DNA from: an uncultured Gemmatimonadales bacterium
Lineage (GTDB): Bacteria; Gemmatimonadota; Gemmatimonadetes; Gemmatimonadales; Gemmatimonadaceae
Direction: 5' to 3'
Assembly: GCA_963851265.1 (NCBI GenBank)
Contig: CAWKNZ010000007.1
Span: 576,001-640,000, forward strand
Length of the DNA: 64,000 nt
This document shows positions 9,647 through 19,007 of this stretch, piece after piece. The notes below the pieces were generated by a model. It saw only the letters and a program-made list of their open reading frames with translations, made no database searches and was not told the DNA's origin. Within the stretch, counting starts at the first letter, position 1, and every line of letters begins with the position of its first letter. A program made the position numbers and the translations under genes.

Positions 9647-10861
9647 TCACGCCGCGCCGACCGCGGAATGGTACTCGCGCCCGCGCCACTCCACCCGCTG
9701 GCCGCGCGCGACGGCCTGCAGCGCGATCACGAGGTAGAGCACGGCTCCCGCGGGGAAGGCGAGTGCCCAGAGCGGGGACAGCTTCACGCGCACGTACGCC
9801 GCGGCCCAGAAGGCGAGCGTCGCCGCGAGCGCGATCGCCATCCCGAAGGCCTCGCCGGTGCCGACGCGTTCGGGCGCGACGGCGTACTCGGCGAGCCGGA
9901 AGATCGGGTAGAGCTGCGCCACCGCGGGGAAGACGAGCAGGAACGGGAAGATGAGCTGCCCGAGGCGGCCGAACGGCATCGCCTCCCGACCGCCGGCGAA
10001 CACGTTCTTGCGCCACCCCGCGACGAGTTCGTGGAGCGAGGTGTACATGCGCGTGCTGAGCTGCGCCTCGCCGCGGACGAGGTGCACCGGGAGGCCGATG
10101 GCGCACGTGCGCTGGGCGAGCTTGAGGTCCTCGACGACGACGTCGCGCACGGCCGCGTGCGTGCCGACGCGCGCGTACGCGTCGCGCGTCATCATCAGGC
10201 ACTGCCCGTTGGCGATCTTGTCGACCGCGTGCCGGGCGCGTGAGACGCGGTCGGCACCGCCGTACCGGCCCGCGATCACGGCGAACACCTGCGGCTGCAC
10301 GAGCTTCTCCCACGCGGTCCCCATCTCCTGCGTGCCCGCGACCGAAAGGAGCGCGGCGCCGCGCGCCGTGAGCGCGCTCACCATGCGTGGCACGAGGTCG
10401 GGCGCGTGTGTGGTGTCGGCGTCGGCGAAGAGGATGATGTCGCCGGTGGCGCCGTCGTCGTCCGACGTGCGCACGGCCGCACCCTGCGCGCACGCCCACT
10501 GTTTGCCCATCCAGCCGGCCGGAAGCGGCGGGGGAACTATGATCCGACACCGCGGATCGTCGGCGGCGGCCGCGGCCGCGCGTGCGCCGGTGTCGTCGTC
10601 GCTGTGATCGTCGACGACGACGAGTTCGAGCCGCGGGTACGACGTCGCGAGCACCGACCCGACGCAGCGCGCGATGTTGCGCGCCTCGTTGCGCGCGGGC
10701 ACGACGACACGCACGCTGGGCGCGTCGCGCCGCAGCGCGGGCGCGTAGTCGTCGAGCGTGAGGCGGTCGCGCGAACGCCACCACACGTACACGGGCGCGA
10801 ACAGCCACGGCAACGCGTGGCGGAGCGCGACGATCCACACGGGCATTGCCGACACGGGCAT
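9647..10861 (-). CDS. Glycosyltransferase family 2 with C-terminal TM helices (carotenoid/hopanoid-type GT2)
   Basis: VVVPARNEA, VVVDDHSDDDT, GWMGKQWAC, FADAD, NGQCL, VEDL, VEWRGREY. Confidence 0.85.
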   Translation of the reverse strand: MPVSAMPVWIVALRHALPWLFAPVYVWWRSRDRLTLDDYAPALRRDAPSVRVVVPARNEARNIARCVGSVLATSYPRLELVVVDDHSDDDTGARAAAAAADDPRCRIIVPPPLPAGWMGKQWACAQGAAVRTSDDDGATGDIILFADADTTHAPDLVPRMVSALTARGAALLSVAGTQEMGTAWEKLVQPQVFAVIAGRYGGADRVSRARHAVDKIANGQCLMMTRDAYARVGTHAAVRDVVVEDLKLAQRTCAIGLPVHLVRGEAQLSTRMYTSLHELVAGWRKNVFAGGREAMPFGRLGQLIFPFLLVFPAVAQLYPIFRLAEYAVAPERVGTGEAFGMAIALAATLAFWAAAYVRVKLSPLWALAFPAGAVLYLVIALQAVARGQRVEWRGREYHSAVGAA

Positions 10862-10933
10862 CGCGACCGCGGCCCTACCAGCCCGCTCGGCTCGTCACGC
10901 CTCCGCCCGCGACGTCGCGGCTCATCACGCCGC

Positions 10934-11218
10934 TCACGACGCCTCGGGCCGCTTCGTGTCGCGGTACGTGTCGCTCGCCTGCTGCTCGCGCGCCGAGAGG
11001 CCGCCCGCGTCGGCGCTCTCGTCCTCGTCGTCGCGCGGGGCCACGCTGCCCGTCGCGAAACCCGTATCGTTGCCGTACCCGCCCTCGCCGCGACGCTCGT
11101 CCTCACCCTCGCGCGCGACGCCGCTCGCGGGTGCCTGGTTGTCGGGCATCGGGGCCCCCGTACTCTGGGTGCCAGCCTGCGACGTGCCAGCCTGCGACGG
11201 ATGTTGCTCTTGGGCCAT
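10934..11218 (-). CDS. Small acidic hydrophilic hypothetical protein (hydrophilin-like)
   Basis: ATG at 11218 with GAGGG RBS; Gly/Glu/Asp/Gln-rich; sigma54-type motif upstream. Confidence 0.6.
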   Translation of the reverse strand: MAQEQHPSQAGTSQAGTQSTGAPMPDNQAPASGVAREGEDERRGEGGYGNDTGFATGSVAPRDDEDESADAGGLSAREQQASDTYRDTKRPEAS

Positions 11219-11268
11219 CGGAATCCCTCTCGCTCGGGGTGAACATCGGGGTGACGGATCACCGCGGG

Positions 11269-11284
11269 GGCAACGCGCGTGCCC
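11269..11284 (-). promoter_or_regulatory. sigma54 (-24/-12) promoter candidate GGGCACGCGCGTTGCC
   Basis: GGCACG-N4-TTGC with exact GG-N10-GC spacing, about 50 bp upstream of the 11218 start. Confidence 0.7.
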
Positions 11285-11313
11285 GCCGCCCATGCGGCTC
11301 TAGTTTCCAGGCG

Positions 11314-12285
11314 ATGCCCGACGTCGCCACGCCCGCGCTCGCCGCGCCACCGCTTGCCCCGCCACCGCTCGCACCCGGCGCCCGCGTCGCGCTCGTCGCG
11401 CCGTCGGGGCCGCTCACCGGCGCCGACCTGGCCCGCGCCGTCGCGACTGTGGAGTCGTTCGGCTGGACGCCGTCGGTCGGCGCGCACGCGCTCGATCGCG
11501 ACGCCTACTTCGCCGGAGAGGACGCCGAGCGGCTGGCCGACCTCAACGACGCGCTTCGCGATCCGCGGGTCGACGCGCTCTGGTGCCTCCGCGGCGGCTA
11601 CGGCGCGATGCGCCTGCTCGACGGCATCGACTTCTCCACGCTCGCCGAGCGCCCGCGCGCACTGATCGGCTACTCCGACATCACCGCGCTGCACTGCGCG
11701 GCCGCAGCGCGCGTGCCGGGGCTGGTGACGTTCCACGGGCCCACCGCGCGCGCGACGCTCCCGTCCTTCTCGCGCACGTCGCTGCTGCGCGCGGTCGGCC
11801 CCGAACGCGGCGACCCGTGCGGCACGGCCCCGCACGCGCGCGTCCTGCGCGCGGGGCGCGCGCGCGGCCGGCTCGCGGGCGGCAACCTCGCCCTGCTCGC
11901 CGCGCTCGCGGGCACGCCATACGCGCCGCGGTTCGACGGCGCGGTGGTCGTGCTCGAAGACGTGAACGAGGCCGTCTACCGCGTCGACCGCATGCTGCGG
12001 CAACTCTGGCTCGCCGGCGCGTTCGCGGGATGCCGTGCGATCCTCTTCGGGCACTGCACCAACTGCCCCGAACCGTGCGACGACGACGGGCGCCGCACGC
12101 TCGCCGACGTGGTCGGCGAGGTCGCCGATGCGTTCGGCGTGCCCGCGGCTCTCGGCATCCCGGTCGGACACGTCGACGAGCAGTGGACCCTCCCGCTCGG
12201 CGCGCCCGCCGACGTCGTCGTGGACGCGGGCGCGTGCGCGGTGCAGGTCGAGTGGCCCGCGCCGGGCCCGCGCCGCGCCAGCTAG
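11314..12285 (+). CDS. LD-carboxypeptidase (peptidase S66)
   Basis: VALVAPSG, LRGGYG, IGYSDITALH, GGNL, LEDVNE, PVGH motifs. Confidence 0.92.
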   Translation: MPDVATPALAAPPLAPPPLAPGARVALVAPSGPLTGADLARAVATVESFGWTPSVGAHALDRDAYFAGEDAERLADLNDALRDPRVDALWCLRGGYGAMRLLDGIDFSTLAERPRALIGYSDITALHCAAAARVPGLVTFHGPTARATLPSFSRTSLLRAVGPERGDPCGTAPHARVLRAGRARGRLAGGNLALLAALAGTPYAPRFDGAVVVLEDVNEAVYRVDRMLRQLWLAGAFAGCRAILFGHCTNCPEPCDDDGRRTLADVVGEVADAFGVPAALGIPVGHVDEQWTLPLGAPADVVVDAGACAVQVEWPAPGPRRAS

Positions 12286-12310
12286 CACCCACCCACCACC
12301 TATTCGAGAC

Positions 12311-12667
12311 ATGAAGACCGCCGCCGACCTCATCACCGAAGCCAGGTCCCGAATCCGCGAAGTGTCGCCAGCCGACGTGCAGGCGATGCGCGACCGGGGC
12401 GAGCCCGTCACGCTGCTCGACGTGCGCGAGCCTAACGAATGGGCGATGGGGCGCGTGCCCGGCGCGCTCACCATCGCGCGCGGCCTGCTCGAGTTCTCGG
12501 TCGAGGCGCGCGTGCCGCGCGACGCGCGCGTGGTGGTCTTCTGCGCCAGCGGCGGCCGCTCGGCCCTCGCCGCCGAAACGCTCGCGCAGATGGGTTACAC
12601 GGACGTGGCCTCGATGCGCGACGGGATCCGCGGGTGGGCCGACACGGGGGGCGAGATCGCGACGTGA
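12311..12667 (+). CDS. Rhodanese-like domain protein
   Basis: LLDVREPNEW, GRVPGA, FCASGGRS, GIRGW. Confidence 0.9.
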   Translation: MKTAADLITEARSRIREVSPADVQAMRDRGEPVTLLDVREPNEWAMGRVPGALTIARGLLEFSVEARVPRDARVVVFCASGGRSALAAETLAQMGYTDVASMRDGIRGWADTGGEIAT

Positions 12668-13317
12668 GCGCGCCGGGCAGCGGGCCCGCGAGCGCTCGCG
12701 CGAGCGCGCTCGACGCCGCGCTCGCGCACCCGACCGTCCGCACGCTCGCGGCCGCCCTCGCCGAGCACCCGGGGGCGGTGGCCACCGTGGCGCCCGGTGA
12801 TCCAGCGCCGCGCCGGGCGGCGGTGGCCGCAGTGCTGCGGCTCGCCGCCGGCGACCCCGGGCCGTCGCTGCTGTTCGTCACGCGCGCCGAGTACCCGGGC
12901 GATCCCTGGAGCGGGCACGTCGCCTTCCCCGGCGGACGCGCCGAGCCCGACGACGCGACCCTGTGGGATACCGCCGCCCGCGAGACGTGGGAGGAGACCG
13001 CGCTCGACCTGCGCCGCGACGCGCGCCTGCTCGGCAGTCTGGACGAGATCTACCCGCGCACGCCATCACTCCCGCCGATCATCGTCCGGCCGTACGTGGT
13101 CGTGACCGGCGCGGCCGGTCCACTCCGCCTCAGCGCCGAGTTGGCCGCGGCCCACTGGGTCCCGCTCGCGGCGCTGCAGGCCCCTGCGGCCGACCGCACG
13201 TCGACCGTGGTCGTGCGCGGGCGTTCGCTCGACGTGCCCAGCCTCGTCCACGGCGAGCTGACCGTCTGGGGGATGACGGAGCGCGTGGTCCGGCAGCTGG
13301 TCGGGTTGCTCGACTGA
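12664..13317 (+). CDS. Nudix hydrolase, CoA pyrophosphatase subfamily
   Basis: WSGHVAFPGGRAEPDD...TAARETWEET Nudix box; VWGMT; GTGA overlap with the rhodanese gene. Confidence 0.88.
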   Translation: MSAPGSGPASARASALDAALAHPTVRTLAAALAEHPGAVATVAPGDPAPRRAAVAAVLRLAAGDPGPSLLFVTRAEYPGDPWSGHVAFPGGRAEPDDATLWDTAARETWEETALDLRRDARLLGSLDEIYPRTPSLPPIIVRPYVVVTGAAGPLRLSAELAAAHWVPLAALQAPAADRTSTVVVRGRSLDVPSLVHGELTVWGMTERVVRQLVGLLD

Positions 13318-13504
13318 ACGCACGTTCCCGAGCGGCACGTCACGGTGCGCGGCCGATCCGCCGGTTCCGTCGCGCGGCGGGCGACGCGTGACGCGCGTCG
13401 CACGAATTGCGCGGATCCGATGTGGTCCGTGCGCGACATTATAGGGGTCGGACTCCGGTCGTTCCGCACCCCGCCGAGCCCGCGCCCGCCTCCCGGAGTA
13501 TCCC

Positions 13505-15346
13505 ATGCCGTTCCGCTCGGACCTGCTCCACCGCGCGCGCGCCTTGCGCGCGCGGCTCCTTCGCGCGCGCCCTGCCGGCGCACACGTCCGGCGCGCCGCC
13601 ACGATCGCCGCCGGCGCGGCCCTGCTCGCGGCCGCGTGCTCCGACCACACGACGGGGCTCGCGCCCGCCACGCCGACCGGCGCGGGCACGGGCGCCCCCG
13701 ACGCGACCGCGGGCGGCACGAGCGTCGTCGCCGTGCAGGTGCCGGCCTCGATGCGGTCGGCGCCGTTCGACGTGGCTCGCACGCTCGCGGTGCCCAACGG
13801 GTACACCGTCGCGGTCTACGCACGCGTGGGCGGCGCGCGCTTCATGGCGACGGCGCCTAACGGTGACCTGCTCGTCTCGAATCCCGGCGCGGGCAACGTC
13901 TACCGCGTGCGGCCCGGCGTGAACGGCGCCGACCCGACCGTCGCCGCGTGGGCGTCGGGACTCAACCAGCCGCACGACATCGTCTTCCACGGGATCGGCG
14001 GGACGATGTACGTCTACGTCGCCGAGACCGACAGGATCGCCCGGTACACGTGGGACGCGGCGAGCGCGACCGCGCAGAACCGCCAGGTGCTGATCACCGG
14101 CCTGCCGAGCGTGAGCGACACGGCACTGCACGGCGCCTACGCGCACCAGCTCAAGAACATCGCGCTCGGCCCCGACGACAAGCTGTACGTGTCCATCGCG
14201 TCGTCGTGCAACGCGTGCGTCGAGGACACGCGAAGCAATCCCGTGCGCGGCGCGATCTACGTGTACAACGCCGACGGGACCAACGGGCAGATCTTCGCGC
14301 GCGGCATCCGCAACGCCGAGGGCCTCGCCTTCGTGCCGGGCACGAACACGCTGTGGGCCGTGGTGAACAACCGCGACAACACCGCCTACCCGTTCCACCA
14401 GGACTTCGACGGCGACGGCCGCGACGACTACGGCAAGGTGATGCCCGCGTACGTCGACAACCACCCGCCCGACGAGTTCCTCCACGTCACGAACGGGGCC
14501 AACTTCGGCTGGCCCTTCTGCAATCCCGACCCCGACGCGGGAGTCGACAACATGCCGTTCGACCGCGACGTGCAGCTCAACGCCGACGGCAGTCAGCTCG
14601 ACTGCGCCAACGTCGCCACGCGCGTTAACAAGGGGATCCAGGCCCACTCGGCGGCGCTCGGTCTCACCTTCTTCTCGGGCACCCGAGCGCCGGCCGCGCT
14701 GCAGGGCGGGGCGGCGGTGGCACTGCACGGTTCGTGGAACCGGTCCACGCCGACCGGCTACAAGGTGGTGTGGTTCCCGACCGACCCGGGCACGGGAACG
14801 CCCGGCGTGCAGGAGGATCTCGTGAGCGGGTGGCTCGTGGGCGGGTCGGCGTGGGGGCGCCCCGTCGACGTCGCGGTCGATGCCACGGGCGGCGTGCTCA
14901 TCTCCGACGACCAGAGCGGGACCATCTACAGACTCGCGCCGCAGGCCGCGGCCGCGAAGGCGCTCGCCGGCCGCCAGTCGGGGCTGTGCCTCGACGTGAG
15001 CGGCGCGTCGCAGACCAACGGCTCGCGGACGATTCTCTGGACGTGCTACCCGGGCTCCAGTCAGCAGTGGGTGTTCCCGGCGGTCGGGACCACGGGCACC
15101 ATCCGCGTGTACGGCGCCAAGTGCCTCGACGCGCTGTGGGGCGGCACGCACGACGGCGAACCCGTCGGCATCTGGGACTGCTGGGGGGGAGTCAACCAGC
15201 AGTGGACGGTCAGCGCGGCGGGAGACGTGATCAACGCCGCGACCGGGCGCTGCCTCGACGCCACGGACTTCGGGACGCGCGCGGGGACGGTGCTGCAGCT
15301 GTGGACGTGCTACGGCTCGCTCAACCAGCGGTGGGACGAGGAGTGA
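13505..15346 (+). CDS. Lipoprotein: PQQ-dependent sugar/sorbosone dehydrogenase beta-propeller fused to a C-terminal ricin-B lectin domain
   Basis: Lipobox LAAAC; GLNQPHDI, GIRNAEGLAF, QAHSAALG, LHGSWNR, GRPVDV, ISDD; three CLD...QxW ricin repeats. Confidence 0.85.
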   Translation: MPFRSDLLHRARALRARLLRARPAGAHVRRAATIAAGAALLAAACSDHTTGLAPATPTGAGTGAPDATAGGTSVVAVQVPASMRSAPFDVARTLAVPNGYTVAVYARVGGARFMATAPNGDLLVSNPGAGNVYRVRPGVNGADPTVAAWASGLNQPHDIVFHGIGGTMYVYVAETDRIARYTWDAASATAQNRQVLITGLPSVSDTALHGAYAHQLKNIALGPDDKLYVSIASSCNACVEDTRSNPVRGAIYVYNADGTNGQIFARGIRNAEGLAFVPGTNTLWAVVNNRDNTAYPFHQDFDGDGRDDYGKVMPAYVDNHPPDEFLHVTNGANFGWPFCNPDPDAGVDNMPFDRDVQLNADGSQLDCANVATRVNKGIQAHSAALGLTFFSGTRAPAALQGGAAVALHGSWNRSTPTGYKVVWFPTDPGTGTPGVQEDLVSGWLVGGSAWGRPVDVAVDATGGVLISDDQSGTIYRLAPQAAAAKALAGRQSGLCLDVSGASQTNGSRTILWTCYPGSSQQWVFPAVGTTGTIRVYGAKCLDALWGGTHDGEPVGIWDCWGGVNQQWTVSAAGDVINAATGRCLDATDFGTRAGTVLQLWTCYGSLNQRWDEE

Positions 15347-15457
15347 GGCTGGCGGTGGGGCGACGGGTGCGCTGAGGGACCGGGTCGGCACCCGGCCGGC
15401 CGGCGCCGCCGTGCGTCGGCACATCCGGCGCACGAGAACGCGTACCTTACGCGGGCG

Positions 15458-16915
15458 ATGCCTACGCCCGTCCACGACGTACCCCCGTCCGAGTCCGGCG
15501 CGCCGGGCGTCGACGCGACTGACTCGCCCGACGCCCGGGCGCTCGACCCCGACGCGCCCGACCCCGACGCGCCCGACCCCGACGCGGCGACCGAGTCGGG
15601 GTGGCGGCGCGCGCGCCTCACGCCGTCGCTCGAGGAGGCGTACCGCACCGTACCGGTCGTCGGCACGACGTGGTTCCGCAAGCTGCTCGCCTTCGCGGGC
15701 CCCGGCTACCTGGTCGCCGTCGGCTACATGGACCCGGGCAACTGGGCGACCGACCTCGCGGGCGGCTCGCGCTTCGGCTACACGCTGCTCTCGGTCGTGC
15801 TGCTGTCGAATCTGATGGCGGTGCTGCTCCAGGGGCTCGCCTCCAAGCTCGGCATCGTCACCGGGCGCGACCTCGCGCAGGCGTGCCGCGACCACTACTC
15901 GCGGCCGACGTCGATCACGCTCTGGGTGCTGGCCGAGATCGCCATCGCCGCGTGCGACCTGGCGGAGGTGATCGGGTCGGCGATCGCGCTCAACCTGCTG
16001 TTCCACCTCCCGATCACGTTAGGCATCCTCGTCACGGCGGGCGACGTGCTGCTCGTGCTCGGGCTGCAGCACCGCGGGTTCCGCTGGCTCGAGGCGGTGG
16101 TGGTCGCGCTCGTCGCGACGGTGGGGGTGTGCTTCGTCTACGTGCTCGTGGCCAGCCGCCCCGACTACGCGGGCGTGCTGCGCGGGTTCGTGCCGTCGCC
16201 CGCGATCCTGCGCAACCCCGAGATGCTCTACATCGCGGTGGGCATCCTCGGCGCGACGGTGATGCCCCACAACCTGTACCTGCACTCGAGCATCGTGCAG
16301 ACGCGCAAGTACGCGCAGACGGCCGCGGGGCGGCACGAGGCGGTGCGGTACGCCTTCCTCGACTCGACCATCGCGCTCTCCGCGGCGCTGTTCATCAACG
16401 CGGCCATCCTGATCGTCGCCGCGGCGACGTTCCACCGCGCGGGCTACACGCAGGTGGCCGAGATCCAGGACGCGCACCGGCTGCTCACCCCGCTGCTCGG
16501 CGCGTCGGGGGCGAGCGTCGCGTTCGCGCTCGCGCTCCTCGCCAGCGGGCAGAACTCGACCCTCACCGGGACCCTGGCCGGGCAGATCGTGATGGAAGGG
16601 TTCCTCGACGTGCGACTACGCCCGTGGGTGCGGCGCCTCATCACGCGGGGACTCGCGATCGTGCCCGCGGTCGCGGTGAGCATCGTCGCGGGCGAACGCG
16701 GCACCGCCCAGCTCCTCGTGCTGAGCCAGGTCGTGCTCTCGCTGCAGCTGTCGTTCGCCGTGGTGCCGCTCGTGCGGTTCACGAGCGACCGCGCCAAGAT
16801 GGGCCGGTTCGTCAACGCGCCGTGGCTCACGGCGACGGCGTGGGTCACGGCGTTCGTGATCGCGGCGCTCAACGCGTGGCTGCTGCTGCAGACGGCGCGC
16901 GGGTGGTTCGCGTGA
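15458..16915 (+). CDS. mntH: Nramp-family divalent metal (Mn2+) transporter
   Basis: [16 protein letters not shown] and [13 protein letters not shown] signatures. Confidence 0.95.
   Translation: MPTPVHDVPPSESGAPGVDATDSPDARALDPDAPDPDAPDPDAATESGWRRARLTPSLEEAYRTVPVVGTTWFRKLLAFAGPGYLVAVGYMDPGNWATDLAGGSRFGYTLLSVVLLSNLMAVLLQGLASKLGIVTGRDLAQACRDHYSRPTSITLWVLAEIAIAACDLAEVIGSAIALNLLFHLPITLGILVTAGDVLLVLGLQHRGFRWLEAVVVALVATVGVCFVYVLVASRPDYAGVLRGFVPSPAILRNPEMLYIAVGILGATVMPHNLYLHSSIVQTRKYAQTAAGRHEAVRYAFLDSTIALSAALFINAAILIVAAATFHRAGYTQVAEIQDAHRLLTPLLGASGASVAFALALLASGQNSTLTGTLAGQIVMEGFLDVRLRPWVRRLITRGLAIVPAVAVSIVAGERGTAQLLVLSQVVLSLQLSFAVVPLVRFTSDRAKMGRFVNAPWLTATAWVTAFVIAALNAWLLLQTARGWFA
15544..15586 (+). 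repeat. 15-bp tandem repeat (about 3 copies, encodes DPDAP) in the MntH N-terminal extension
   Basis: cgaccccgacgcgcc repeated. Confidence 0.7.
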
Positions 16916-16966
16916 TGCGGGCGTTGCCGCGCCCGGTTCCGGGCCCCTTCTGACCGCGGGGGCACC

Positions 16967-17410
16967 GTGTACGAGCGCATCCTGATCCCGCTCGAACATT
17001 CGTACGCCGACGAGGCGATCCTCCGGCACGTGCGGCCCCTGGCGCGCCTGTGCGGGGCCTCGCTCATCCTCATGCACGTGGCGGACGGCTGGGCGGCGCG
17101 GCACCTGAAGACGCTCGCGCTCGCCGAGAGCGAAGAGCTGCGCGCCGACCGCGAGTACCTCGAATCGCTGTGCACCGCGCTCGCCCGCGAGGGGTTCGAC
17201 GCGGAGGCCCTCCTCGGCGCGGGCGATCCCGCGGGCGAGATCGTCGCGGCCGCCGAGCGCGAGCACTGTGACCTGATCGCGATGGCGACGCACGGACACC
17301 GGTTCCTCGCCGACGTGGTGTACGGCAGCGTGGCCGACGAGGTGCGCCACCAGAGCCGCGTGCCGGTCCTCCTCGTGCGCGGCGAACGGCGGGCGGAGCC
17401 GCGGGCCTGA
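16967..17410 (+). CDS. Universal stress protein (USP)
   Basis: YERILIPL, GDPAGEIV, DLIAMATHG, GSVADEV, PVLLVR. Confidence 0.92.
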   Translation: MYERILIPLEHSYADEAILRHVRPLARLCGASLILMHVADGWAARHLKTLALAESEELRADREYLESLCTALAREGFDAEALLGAGDPAGEIVAAAEREHCDLIAMATHGHRFLADVVYGSVADEVRHQSRVPVLLVRGERRAEPRA

Positions 17411-17441
17411 GAGGCCGGCGGGCGAGCCCCGCCGCTACACT

Positions 17442-17457
17442 CGGAACGGTCTTTGCC
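17442..17457 (+). promoter_or_regulatory. sigma54 promoter candidate CGGAACGGTCTTTGCC
   Basis: GG-N8-TTGC about 50 bp upstream of the 17510 start. Confidence 0.6.
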
Positions 17458-17509
17458 CTCCGACGGTTTGTCACCCGCGCCTGCCCCGTTCGGAACCGCC
17501 GAGGATTTT

Positions 17510-18094
17510 GTGGCCACCCGCTCTTCCGTAGTGATTGACCCTGACGCCGGGATTCCCGACCTCATCCGCCGCCTGGTCGACGACTCCAAGCGGCTTGCCC
17601 AGGACGAGGTCCAGCTCGCGCGCCTCGAGATCCGCGAGCGCGCGCGCGACGCGACGCGCGGCGGCATCTGGCTCGGGATCGCGTTCGGCGCCGGTGTGGT
17701 CGCGCTCATCGCGTTCACGGTGTTCGTCGCGGCGCTGATCGGGCGCGCGCTCAATCATCACTACTGGGCCGGCACGCTGATCACCGCCGTGCTCGAGCTG
17801 GGTGTCGGGGCGTTCCTCCTGATGCGCGGCTTCGGCATCCTGAAGAAGCAGCCGTTCACGCTCCCCGAGACCCGGAAGGAAGCGTCTGCCACGGCCAAGT
17901 GGGCGAAGACCACCGGCGCGGCAGTCGCGGCCGACGTGCGCGACCCGGAGCGCGTGCTCGCGGGCGAGCCGGGCGGCGCGGTCGCGGCCGCGGTGGGCGC
18001 CGGCGGGAGCGGAACGGGGCGGCTGCCGGCAGCGGGCCCGCAGGCGGGTCCGACGCGCGCGCGCGCCGAGATCCCGGTCGCGCGGCGCGACTGA
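17510..18094 (+). CDS. YqjE/phage-holin-superfamily-III-like two-TM membrane protein
   Basis: GAGGA RBS + GTG; 'LVDDSKRLAQDEVQLARLEI' then two TM helices and 'LPET'. Confidence 0.75.
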   Translation: MATRSSVVIDPDAGIPDLIRRLVDDSKRLAQDEVQLARLEIRERARDATRGGIWLGIAFGAGVVALIAFTVFVAALIGRALNHHYWAGTLITAVLELGVGAFLLMRGFGILKKQPFTLPETRKEASATAKWAKTTGAAVAADVRDPERVLAGEPGGAVAAAVGAGGSGTGRLPAAGPQAGPTRARAEIPVARRD

Positions 18095-18153
18095 TCCGGC
18101 CGCACCGCCGCGCCGCCCGGCCGACCGTCGCGCGCCTAACGGCAGCGGCGGTC

Positions 18154-18990
18154 GTGCCCCTGGCCGCCCTCGCTGCCGCGGCGGCTCCGGCGCGGGCGCA
18201 GATCGACACCGCGGCACCGCCCCAGCCGGTCCGCACGATCGCGGCCGACGAACGGCTGCGCACCGACGCGGGACTGCGAGTGGGCGACACCGTCCTCCTC
18301 ACAGCGCGCGCGGGGGACACGGCCCGCGCGACGCGCGCGGTCGTCTCCGCGTTCGTCGAGCGAGGCGCCGACCCCAGCGAGATCGCCCGCAGCGAGTACC
18401 GCGTACGTCTCCACCTCGACGTGCTGCAACAGGTGGGCGCCTACGCGGACCGGGTGGACCGCTTCGCGGTCGGGACGCGCCCGGGTCGAACGGACGCCGC
18501 CGTCGCCGCGATCAACGAGCCCGCGTTCGGGTTCCGCGCCTACCGCTCGGCCGACGTCGCGGTGGGCACGTCGCGCACCTTCGAGGTCGTGCGCCGCTTC
18601 CACCGCGCCATCGGCGTGATCACGGTCGTGGCGAGCGCGATGTTCCTGCTGTGCATCCTCGTGCTCAAGGTCGAGGAGCGTCGGCGCGACGTGGCCGCGC
18701 TCCGGCTGATGGGCCTGTCGCGGCGCACGGTCGTCGGCGCGCTCGTGCTCGAGGCCGCACTCGTCGCGCTGCTGGGCTCCGCCGCGGGGCTGGTCGTCGG
18801 GTCGATCGCGGCGCGCTTGGTCAACTGGCACTACCAGGCCGCGTTCCGCACGCCGCTGGTGTTCGTGCTCGTCACACCCGGCGTCGCGCTCTTCGCCACG
18901 AGCCTCTCCGTCGCGCTCGGCGTCGGCGCCGGCTTCCTCGCCGCGCGGCGCCTCGCCAACGCGGCCCCGCTCGCCCTGCTCGGGCGTTAG
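18154..18990 (+). CDS. ABC transporter permease, FtsX/MacB C-terminal half with a signal peptide (lacks TM1)
   Basis: Signal-like APARA-Q; GLRVGDTV periplasmic motif; VEERRRDVAALRLMG...LEAALV FtsX motif; start uncertain. Confidence 0.8.
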   Translation: MPLAALAAAAAPARAQIDTAAPPQPVRTIAADERLRTDAGLRVGDTVLLTARAGDTARATRAVVSAFVERGADPSEIARSEYRVRLHLDVLQQVGAYADRVDRFAVGTRPGRTDAAVAAINEPAFGFRAYRSADVAVGTSRTFEVVRRFHRAIGVITVVASAMFLLCILVLKVEERRRDVAALRLMGLSRRTVVGALVLEAALVALLGSAAGLVVGSIAARLVNWHYQAAFRTPLVFVLVTPGVALFATSLSVALGVGAGFLAARRLANAAPLALLGR

Positions 18991-19007
18991 GCAGGCGGCG
19001 GGCGACC

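Noticed and set aside
13439..16006. Long antisense and alternate-frame ORFs (this one, 7124..9616, 25814..27904 and many others)
   Set aside because: Stop-codon scarcity in very high-GC DNA; they overlap well-supported genes and have no motifs
17510..18094. Prophage signal from the 'phage holin' family protein
   Set aside because: No phage genes nearby; this YqjE-like family is common in chromosomal stress loci
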